Assembly (NCBI GenBank): GCA_000708835.1
Contig: DF237147.1
Span: 84,959-148,958 of the forward strand
From: Klebsormidium nitens
Lineage: Eukaryota > Plantae > Klebsormidiophyceae
DNA: 64,000 bases
Reading direction: 5' to 3'
Shown: one piece after another, positions 1 to 10,434 of the stretch
How the letters are laid out: every line of letters begins with the position of its first letter
Position numbering within the stretch: position 1 is the first letter of the stretch
Notes under the pieces: model-generated
Database searches by the model: none
Seen by the model: only the letters and a program-made list of their open reading frames with translations
Told to the model about the DNA's origin: nothing
Program-made: the position numbers and the translations under genes

Positions 1-3000
1 CAGGACCTTCAAAACAAGTAAGATGGTTCAAAGAAATCAGCACCCTAAAAGGCGGGGTCGTAAAGGCGTTCTCAGTTCAACCAATGAGCAGTCACTGCAG
101 TACAACCATTAGACCGGGCTACCTTTTGTGAAGATGCTGGCAGTCGCCACAGATTTCCAGACATGGCCTGAGTGCATTCTCTGTGCCGTGAGAAGATCAC
201 TGATGCATCACAACTGCAAAACGCCATAAGGTAGCCACCAATGCGCCGCTTTTCTTTCCGTTTCGCTCACCTCTTCCAGATAGTCGAAGATGCTGCCAGC
301 TAGCCGCTCCTCCGTCTCCTTCCCCCCCGCGTCCTGCACGATCAGGCGCCCGCCGACTGGTCCTGCCTCCGGTCGCTGCTCAGCTGCGTCCTCGAGAAAG
401 TACGTCACCTTCCGCCACAGGTCGCCACCCTTCCCGCCCATGAACGAGAAACGCCCCCGACCCTGCACGCAACGAGCGTCAGACTCATGTGTACAGGAAA
501 GTCTCGTAGAATCGGGGCAGGCACACGAAAGATGTGCCTGCCCACCGCCGGGGCCCGATAGTATTGCTGCCCGCAGTCACAGCAGATGACGTGGGCTGCG
601 TCTTGCTGTCCACGGCCAGTGGCAAATGCATAAGAGGCGTTTTTGCGTGCGGGTCCAAAGCTGGGTAAGTGGCCTTACCGCAGCCGTGCTTGAGCTGTCG
701 AGCCAGAAGGCCTCCTCCCCGCCCGCCCGCCCGTACAGCTGCATAAAGAGCTCTTCCGAATCGCAGCCGTCCGTGAGGACGTCCGCCAGCTTCTGCCACA
801 CAACGCGATGCCGCCCTGGCTGGACCTCAAGTGGTAAGTCAGTCCTCTCAGGAGCAAGGCCCAACTGCGCCGGCACTCCAGAAAATCCCTTGTCCTGACC
901 GCCATTTTCCCCCATGCTTTGCTCCGAATCTCGGGCCTGCCCGTTGACAGAGTTGTCGATCGAACAGAGCCACTCCCCGCCCTGGCACAGGGCCTCGAGC
1001 CGCTTGGAGTGCTGCCCGTTCACAAGCTGAGCGTGCTGTCCGTTGCTGGTTCCGGCAGGGTTCCCGTTCCAGCGCTCCACGGTCATCTCAAAGAAGTTGC
1101 GCAGCAGCCGCTCTCCGTAGGCCGTAGCGATGCTCTCCGGGTGGAACTGCACCCCGTGGTGGGGCAGCCACCGGTGTGACACCCCCATCAGGAGAGACCC
1201 CCGAGGGATCCCCCCAGCAACTAGATCGGGACCCGTTCCTCTGGCCGTGATTTTTGAGGCAAAGCTAGGTGCGCCAGCTGTCGGCAAGCGTGTATCCTCA
1301 AGGGGCAACAACTCAGCCCCACCGTTGCCTGCGGAGTGCAGGCCATTGGAGCTGTGATTGCCTTTCCCATTAATGGGCGCCATCGTTTTTGCGGAAGTGC
1401 TCTCTTTGGCTGGTTCGGCGTTGCTGCTTGGTTGCGCCCCCGGCACGGTCCAGGCAGTGGGCACCAGGTGGGCGGGCAGGGTGCTGGGGTCCACGATGAG
1501 CGAGTGGTAGCGCACCACCTGGTGGGGCCCACAAAGTGCATCAGCCTTTCCTGATGAAGCATACGCTATGAGTGGAGTCGTCTGAGGCAAGGGGAGCAGA
1601 AAGCAGACACCCTGACACTTGCGAATCTCGCTCTTGGGGTGAATTCAAGGCATCAGCTTTGTCGCTTAACTGCTTCCATGGTTGAAAACCCTCAAGTCAC
1701 AACACACTAGCTCCGGCTGCACGAGCAAGGCCCCTGTTTCCGACACAAGTTGCAAACGTGGATCTTAAGTGCATCCGCGCCTCACCTTAAACCCCGCTGT
1801 GGCGCCAGATGGGATGCCCGCAAAGAGGCGGTGCCCAGTGTGCTCCACCTCACTGAGGCGGCCATGCACCGGTTGCGGGGCGTGAGTGACGGTGGCCCCG
1901 TGCACGTGCGCCAGCAGCTGGTGGCCCAGGCACACCCCCAGGACAGGCAAGTCGGGGCACTCAGCAAAGACACGTGCACAGATGCCTGCACGGGCAGAGT
2001 ATTCCCAGGCTCAGCTGATCAGCCTCTACTTGAAGGAACAGAAATAAAGTATCTATTTTGAAATGACCCCTGCCACAGATTCCAAGGGAGCGGTCCACCA
2101 GGAGCAGAGAGCCAGGTTTCACCTGTGTCCTGCGGCTTCTCTGGCGTCCCTGGCCCTGGCGAGATGACCACGTTGTCAAATGCGCGCGATGGCCCAAGGA
2201 GCAGGGGCCGCAGCTCCTCCCAGGACAGCTGGTCGTTGAAGATGGTCACCGGGGGGGCTGCACATAAAATCAGCCAAAAGTTCCTCTTAAGCATGCCAGG
2301 AGCAGCCCATCTTGATATTGAACCTGCTCAGCAGGAATTGGCGATACTAGATTATGACCATCATCAGATCGATAAAGAGTAGACGCACGGGCCTGGCTTG
2401 TGATCGACCTAGAGTCTTGCACGGTACAGACAAAGCTAGATCTTGACACCACCGGCGCGTGGCCTGGATACTGGCGACCCAGAGTTCTGCACGACTACCA
2501 GGTGATGCTGCTTCAGTGGAGACCCACCTCCATTGATGACGGCCAGCATCTGGTACAGGTTGTACGTGTAGCTGTCATAGTTGTCAATCAGAAGAGTCCG
2601 AACAACTTTGCTTGCAGAGGAAAGGGACAGCGAGCTGCTTGATCCTGCAAGGTGATGCGCCTCTGGGGCTGGTGCAAAGCTGGAGCTTGCGTGTGCTTCG
2701 GAATCATCCTTTCCTGGCGTAAACTGGTGAAAAGTTGAGCTCAGGGGTCGCTCCGACGTTGCAGGCTCTTCAACGCGGCCTTGCACTGTAATAGGTGCGC
2801 ACTGTGCAGGCCCGCTCCTGCCCTGCTTTGCCAGCTGGCGGATGGGCGGCCGCTTAGCTGCGGATCTCCTTTTGCTGTGTCCACCGTACTGGCTGCGGCG
2901 CTGCTCTCTGCGTTGCTGGAACAAGGTCAGAGAAGAAACACAACTACCTCCCAGACTGGACACCTGGTGCGGTGAAGCCCTCTCAAGACGGCTTCTCAAA

Positions 3001-3128
3001 CTGTTTTGCGAAAGAACTTTGTGAGGGGATTCTCTACCTGTCAGCTTGCAAGCAGATCTAAGGGTGCCAACCCTGTGTGACCACTGCTTGGCGTACAGGC
3101 TGCTCACCCCCTGTGATCTTGCAGCCAT
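1..3128 (-). CDS. ADCS: Aminodeoxychorismate synthase (PabA-PabB fusion, folate synthesis), plastid-targeted; 3' part lies beyond the left edge
   Basis: Spliced exons 3128-2528, 2257-2123, 1985-1786, 1518-679 and 462-271 (GT-AG) give [44 protein letters not shown] and GVQFHPES (class I GATase), followed by AFWLDSS and [10 protein letters not shown] (start of the PabB domain). The N-terminus is long and S/R-rich. The start codon is less certain than the domain call. Confidence 0.93.
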
Positions 3129-3274
3129 GCCTCACGGGATGCGAAGAGCGCCCCCCAAACATGCGTCCCCGGCCCTAAGGCTACGTACTGACTTTGAGTT
3201 CCAGCTTCAAGCTGTTCACTCAAAACAGCACTGACTCAGGGTGAAAGCACTTTGAACTTGAAGCCCGTCTCCAG

Positions 3275-3292
3275 CTCTGACTCTGACTCTGA
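3275..3292. repeat. (CTCTGA)x3 microsatellite in the ADCS/PWP2 divergent intergenic region
   Basis: ctctga ctctga ctctga read directly from the sequence. Confidence 0.8.
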
Positions 3293-3733
3293 GTCCGAGC
3301 CTGAATCAAGCTGCACAGCATCCTGATTCCTGTTGCATGGGCCTTTGCATGTGGGTAGCATACGTGGTCGGCCCCAAGCAAATTTAACTGCAAGGGCCAA
3401 AACAATCCGAAAAGCATCGACAAGCATGGTTGAGAACGGCATCTTTCCCTGCCGGTTCTGAGTACCCTGTGCACAGAATACTCGAGAAATCAGAATCCAT
3501 CCCAGGCCGCTTTTTTAGCCGTCTAGAGGAACGGCAATTCAAAATTCCATGCAATTTACAATCTCAATATCACATCGCCAATTGATAAGACTATTATATT
3601 GGGCAAAAGCACCCATCGCCTATCGCGCTGGTAACGGCCTGTGTTCCTCCCCCATTATCAAGCGCTCATAGTCAGCATTCCATGGCCGCCCCCTCCTTCC
3701 TCGGCTAGCTCTGCAGCTGCGCCGTTGCCCGCC

Positions 3734-6700
3734 ATGAATTTCAAATTCTCCAACCTGCTGGGCGCCCCATACCGGGGTGGCAACGTGCTGCTGGCTGGGG
3801 ACAAGCAGCTGCTGACGCCCGTCGGCAACCGCGTCAGCCTGGTGGACCTCGCCACCTCGGACACGGTGACGCTGCCCTTTGAGCAGGCCCACAACATCAC
3901 CCGCATCGCGCTGTCCCCTAACGGCGTCCTCCTGCTCAGTGTGGACGAGCAGGGGCGGTGCATCTTAGCCAATCTGCCACGCAGGATAGTGCTGCACCAC
4001 CTCAGCTTCAAGGCCCCCGTGGCCGCCATTAAGTTCAGTCCCGACGGGCAGCTCATTGCAGCGGCGGTGGGCAAGAAGGTGGAGGTGTGGCGCACCCCGG
4101 GGCTGGGCAAGGAGTTCGCGCCCTTCCAGCACGTGCACTCGTTCACGGGCGCGCATGACCAGGTCACCTGCGTCGATTGGAGCCCGGACTCGCGTTCAGT
4201 GCTGGCCGGGTGCAAGGATCTCACGGTGCGGGTATATGGACTCGACAGGGATGCAGTGCATGGGTACAAGCCGTTCACTTTGACGGGCCATCGGGACGTG
4301 CTGGTGGGGGTATTCTGGATCAGGGATGCGGAGGGTGCGGCAACAGGGGCGTACTCTGTCTCGCGCGATGGGGCGCTGTTTGAGTGGCGGCTGGAGCCTG
4401 CGCAGGAAGAGGCTGGGCCGAGCAAGCAGGACGGAGACATGGACGAGGACGAAGCGGAGGCTTCGAACAGGGGTGCGGAGAACGGCCACTCCGCAGAGGA
4501 CGCTCCTTCGACCACCGGGCGAGAAGCGGAACCGTGGCGGTCGCGGCAACGACCGCGGGGCCGGGGCAGCTGGCGGCTGGAGGGCAAGCATTTCTTCCAC
4601 CAGGCGGCCAAGCTGACGTGCGCCGACTACCACCCGGGGTTGAATCTGCTCGTGGCGGGGTTCAGCAGCGGGGTGTTTGGGCTGTACCAGCTCCCCGATT
4701 TTGCGGCGCTGCACCTGCTGAGCGTGAGCAAGGAGGCGCTGACGAGTGTGGCGTTCAGCAGCAATGGGGAGTGGCTGGGGCTGGGGTGCGCCAAGCTCGG
4801 GCAGCTGCTGGTGTGGGAGTGGCGCAGCGAGACATACGTGCTCAAGCAGCAGGGACACTACTACGACGTCAACACGCTGGCGTATGCGGGGGACGGGCAG
4901 CTGATCGCGACGGGCGCGGATGACGCCAAGCTCAAGGTAGGTGTTGCGTTCATGTGCGGGATATTCCGATCTGGCTCCGATCTCGAGAGGAAGATGGCCA
5001 GGGGTCGCAGCCTTGTATAGGTTTGACCGGAGGCTGGTCCTGTTGAAGAGTGCTCTTGGGGCCTATCTGAGGCATCTGACAGATGTCTCGACTGGGTATC
5101 TAGCCTGCATTCTTTAATCCAACAGCGTGAATTTGGACTTACAATCAAAGTGATAACCCAGAAGATCACACGAAGGACGATCTTCTGTTAAGTGTCTTCA
5201 ATTTGCTAGTCTGCTCCCCCTTCTTTCCTGCAAGGCAGGACATCTATACAGTCAAGGACTTTCGGCAATCTCGGCTTGTCTCGAATCTCTTGGAAATGCC
5301 CATGTAGCCCCAAGCGCAGTCGTGCCAGGTTGCTTTTCCTCACTTCCTCACCCCTCTTGCAGATCTGGAATGCGGGTTCGGGCTTCTGCTTCGTGACCTT
5401 CACAGAGCACAAGATGCCCATCACTGCGGTCGCTTTTGCCCCCAGCGGCCATGCCGTCCTGAGCGCCTCGCTGGATGGGACAGTGCGCGCCTTCGACCTG
5501 GTGCGCTACCGCAACTTCCGCACCTTCACCTCCCCCTCCCCCGCGCAATTCGTGAGCCTGGCCGTGGATAACAGCGGGGAAGTCGTCGTGGCAGGCTCCC
5601 TCGATACCTTCCAGGTGAGTTGTTACATCATCATTCCGCTTTTTGTATTCGCTCGTCTTTGGAATAGGGCGCTCATTGGCGCGTATCCTCAAGTCATCTT
5701 GCTCGTACGTTTCTTAAATTGAAGCCTTCTGATTGCGGCAAAGTTTAGGTCATGTATTTCCCGGAGCTAGCTTGCGCTCGAAGATCCGTCTTCAGTTACG
5801 ACACCCTGTCGATTGATGTTGATTGTTGTCCGTGCAGCTCTTCGTGTGGTCCATGAAGACGGGCCGGCTCCTCGACGTCCTGAGTGGCCACGAGGGCCCC
5901 ATCTACGGCCTCTCCTTCAGCCCCACACACGTAAGTTCTGCCTGCCACCCTGCCGCCTTCGTCCTCAGGGCTCGACTCTCAAGCTGATCACATCCTTGCT
6001 GCTCTTCTTCGTAGTCCGCTAAAGGTGTTCGTTCAAGCGTCCTTCTACGAGAGATCGATCGGCTCGCCCAGTGAAATATTTTTGGAGCAAAGGTCAGGGG
6101 CCTTTTACCTTCCTTGTCCTCGTCTCGACCGCGCTTTGTGCCTGCGCAGGAGCTGCTGGCGTCTGCGTCGTGGGACGGCACGGTGCGGTTGTGGAACGTG
6201 TTCTCGGGGAAGGGCGGCACCGAGGTGCTGCAGCACAACCGCGACGTGCTGGCGCTGGCATACCGCCCCGACGGCAAGCAGCTCGCCGCGTGCACGCTCG
6301 ACGCGCAGATCGCATTCTGGGACCCCTTCGAGGGCGTCCAGACGGGCACCATTGAAGGCCGGCGCGACATTGCCGGGGGGCGCCTCGCGACGGACCGTCA
6401 GACCGCAGCCAGCTCCGCGGCGGGCAAGTGCTTCCACACGCTGGCGTACTCGGCGGACGGGGCGTACCTGGTGGCGGGGGGGAACAGCAAGTTTGTGTGC
6501 ATGTACGACGTCGCCGAGAAGGTGAGCCGGGGCAGGAGCCCGGCATCTGTGTGCGGGAGGGATGAGCATTGAGTTTTGAGCCGCTTCGATGGAACGCATG
6601 TGGATTTGCGGTTACTAGTCTCCAGCATGCGATCGACATTCTCGCATGGACGGTCCGCCTGAGTGTCGGATAGCCGCCAGATCGACAAGGTTGTGTCGGA

Positions 6701-7989
6701 TGTCCCCCGTTCTTCTCTCTGACGTGCGGTACCTCGCTCCCAGGTGATGCTGCGGCGGTTCCAGGTGAGCGTGAACGTGTCGCTGGACGGCGTGCTGGAC
6801 TTCCTCAACAGCAAGCGCATGACGGACGCGGGCCCCGTGGACCTCATCGCTGACAGCGACGACGAGCCCGACAGCTTGGCAATCGTGCAAGCCGACCCCG
6901 GGCAGGGCCTCCCGGGGGCCGGGGCGCGCACGCGGCGGCCCGCGATCCGGACCAAGTGCCTCCGCATCTCGCCGACGGGGCAGGCGTGGGCGGCAGCGAC
7001 AACCGAGGGCGTGCTGGTCTACAGCCTGGACCAGGGGGCGGTCTTCGACCCCAGCGACCTCGACATGGACGTCACACCGCAGGTCAGCAGAAGCAACGAG
7101 ACCAGCGGGCTTTTTGTATCAGTTGAATCTCAATGAAGCGGAGCGCTGACTTTCCATAAAGACGCTCTTAACATACGTCCTGCCCCTGGGTTGGGTTTGC
7201 TGTGCTTTGCCCACCTTGTTTGCCTAGCTTCCGAAAGCTTGATTCATCTTTACCGAGAGCTCAGGTGTCTTACGTAAACCCCTCATCCGGATTCGCGTCG
7301 AGCTTGAGTTCCAGAAAGCCGCTGCTCTGAGCGGCGCGCTGCATGTAAGTGTGCAGGCAGTGGAGGCGGCGCTGCATTCACGTGCATGGCTGCGAGCCCT
7401 CCTGCTCGCGCTGCGGCTGAGCGAGGCCGCGCTGGTGCGGCGCTGCGTGGAGGCGGTGCCGCCCGAGCAGGTGGGCCCCATCGTGCGCGGCGTGCCGGCC
7501 CACTATCTGCCCGCACTAGTTGCAGCGCTGGCGGACTACGTCGGGACGTCGCCCCATACCGAGTTCCTGCTCAAGTGGTGTCAGGTGAGCGACGGGAAGG
7601 CAGAAGACGGCTTCGCAACGCAAAACGTACGTGTCAGCAGTTCATACAGATTGTCTAGCGGTTTGTTTCCGCTCTGCTTCCCGCTGCGAAATTCATGCAT
7701 CAACTCGATTCTGTACTTTGTGTGACCTGTCACGGTAGTTCTCACGCCTATATCCATCACTGGTCACTACCTTACCACGTTTTCGGAGTTGCTGCAGGGG
7801 GTGTGCGTGTTCCATGGGCGGGCCTTGCAGGCCCAGTCCCGGTCGTTACTGCCTGCTTTCCGATCCCTTCTGAAAGGCCTCTCCATGCTGCACGAGTACC
7901 TGGGAAAGTCGGCTGCGGACAATGAATACACGCTCTCGTACCTGACATCAGTGAAGAGAGCAAAAACGGAAGTATCGGGGCAAGCGTAG
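3734..7989 (+). CDS. PWP2: Periodic tryptophan protein 2 (UTP1), WD40 component of the SSU processome, about 892 aa
   Basis: Exons 3734-4936, 5363-5614, 5838-5930, 6150-6521, 6744-7082, 7357-7584 and 7798-7989, all GT-AG and frame-consistent (2679 nt). Motifs MNFKFSNLLGAPYRGGN, GQLLVWEWRSETYVLKQQGH, SASLDGTVRAFDLVRYRNFRTF and many WD repeats. Confidence 0.97.
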
Positions 7990-8414
7990 GCCAGCCAGCA
8001 TGCTTGGGTGCACAACCTGAGGGTCACGTGTGGCTCGGCAGTGGACCATTCAATAGAGCGGTGGACTGATGGACACACGTTTATTGACCATATGTGTTCA
8101 TCAATTTCAAACGTACTTGCTCGAGTGTACATGGTGGTCGTCGTATTAGGTTGCATGCCCGCAATGTCAAGCCCAGCGTTGTGCGTGCAAATATAAATGC
8201 ATATGCAAATGAGTGAGGCCGTCGTACTGAACTCAAATCACAGTAGCTGCCTGAGAGCTGGCGCACCATTCAGTGTGTGTCGTGGCCCAGTCAATCTTTC
8301 GGAGCATGCTTCCTTCGGCGAAAGCCTAGGCTTACCATGTCAGTCAGTCTTTCAATCATCTCAAAAACTTGCAGAATGAATGCTCTCGGCCGCGTTTGAC
8401 GTTCTCTTTTGCTG

Positions 8415-8457
8415 GTATGCATCTCAAAACATGGTACGTATGCATCTCAAAGCATGG
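8415..8457. repeat. 20-bp near-perfect tandem duplication in the PWP2/DUF1475 convergent gap
   Basis: gtatgcatctcaaaacatgg (8415-8434) and gtatgcatctcaaagcatgg (8438-8457), one mismatch. Confidence 0.8.
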
Positions 8458-9439
8458 ATAGGACCGTCATGTCGGTGGTGTACTAGATCCAAACATATAC
8501 ATTCGACTGAAAGATAAATATTCGATGATCATGTACAGTGTACAAGGGCCCGGCACCGTGACGACGAGTCCGCTTTAAAACCTAGGGCCGGCCGAGTGGA
8601 TGCATGTGTTGGATACCCGTATGTGCACATCAGAACACAAGAGACGTATGGTTTCTCTTTGCGAGCCTACAAGATAGGTCAAGTTTCAAATAAGCCAAAG
8701 GCCTAGCTCGATCATGGGATACATAACTGAGACGTACGTTTGCCTTGCGGCTACCATACATCTAGGCTGTGCTCAACTCTACCAAGTAATCGTGAATATC
8801 CCAACCGAAGCTGTTGACTTCCATTCCAGTGCATTTCGTAAATGTCATTGCAGTGGCTTCTGCTGGCCCGGGTGCCTATAGCCTCTACCAATTCAGTCAA
8901 AAGTCGAAGGGAGACTGAAGTGACGGACGGACATGTAGAACCTTGTAGGACAGCAACTTCTGGCTAATACAAAGCTCAGCAATGGTCGAACAGATAACGC
9001 GTCGGGCCTTTTTGAAAACCTCTGCCCCACACCTCATAAGTCAGGGGATTTCTCATGTTATGGGGGTCCAGGATCTGGCGCAAAACATGATTACATACCT
9101 AGGTTGAGGCGGTTGCGGTCTGAAGCCATCTTGACCTTCCCCAACCTTTGCTTGAAGCCAGAATAATGTGTTGTCTGCCAAAAAATCCTTGGCGCGGAAC
9201 AACTCCAAAGTTAGATAGTTGGTGGAGGGCCCTTCGAAGTTAGCCGTCTCTCAGATGGCCAGTAATGTCTTTGGAAGGGAGGAGCTCAGCTCCACCAACG
9301 ACACGCGGTTGAATCTGCTTCTTATCCGGCTTATTGACATCAAATGAGACCAGCAGCTTACAATGTCGCTACCGTATCCAATGTATGTACAGAGCTAAAA
9401 TGGGGCTAGAACACGATTATGGACAACAACCGCTGTGCC

Positions 9440-9844
9440 TCATTCCCCAGATCCAATACTGCTCGTCCTCAGAAGCCTGGCATGCCGCTCTTTCAGCAAC
9501 GCGAGGTAGGGCGGGTCTCCTGGAGACAGCCTCAAGAGTTGGATGACAACGTACGCGCACGACATAGGGCTGCCAAGACAGACCAAGAGCAGTAGCCACA
9601 CGACCTTCGACCACACGCCTTCCTCCTTATACAAGACCCACAGATAGATGATGAAGACATTGGCATAGAAGTCGATCAGCGTGGCGGCCATCCACGGCGT
9701 CAGGATGTCCATGTGGAAAGGTGATCCGTCGGTGATCACCGTGTACACCACTGTGGCTGCCACGAACGCACCGACGATGCCCACCACCCATCGCAGCAGC
9801 AATACGGGAGACTCGGAGGGGCTCAACGGCGCCATGTCCGACAT
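9440..9844 (-). CDS. DUF1475-family small multi-pass membrane protein, about 134 aa, intronless CDS
   Basis: Single ORF from ATG at 9844 (MSDMAP) to TGA at 9440. It contains TVITDGSPF, LTPWMAATLIDFYANV, WVLYKE and LVCLGS, which match my recollection of DUF1475, plus three to four hydrophobic helices. Confidence 0.8.
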   Translation of the reverse strand: MSDMAPLSPSESPVLLLRWVVGIVGAFVAATVVYTVITDGSPFHMDILTPWMAATLIDFYANVFIIYLWVLYKEEGVWSKVVWLLLLVCLGSPMSCAYVVIQLLRLSPGDPPYLALLKERHARLLRTSSIGSGE

Positions 9845-10434
9845 GGCAAGAAGAGCCAACAGCTGCACCGCTAGTCTGCTGGCCAGTGAGGACAGGAAGC
9901 AAGATGCTGCAGCTCACTTTCACAAGTTTGTCAACGATCAGACTCGGACTCAAGAGGTGGCTCAAGTCGAAGACTGTCACATTGTTACATGAGGTCGAGG
10001 GAGCCCTCGATCCGTCGAGGTGGCAAGGCCGAACCTGTGCAAAAGGCAAATGCAATGGTCAACACGTGGCATATGCTGCCAAGTCTACCTGCCGATAATA
10101 GCATCGCAACCATTACCAACGTCCAAATGCAGTGTTGGAGTGAGCTCATGCTGAGGAAACGCCATTTTGGCGCCTTGTTAAAGTTTGCAATTTTGCCAGC
10201 TCAGCTGCTCTTTGGCTGCCCAGCAGCGGGCAAATGAGAAGCACATCATCCATTCAGATTCCAGGTGACTGCGGTCCTTCTGCCACTGGGTGTCTCTAAG
10301 GTCGCCAGTTGTGTTGCGAAGTAGCGGCAAGCTGTGGTCCCTCACGCTGTGTTCCAGAGGTCCTTCTGGAATGCTGTGAGATGTGCCTCCCCAATTGCTT
10401 GTGAGCCTTATGAGTAAGCCTACATTGGAAAGGA

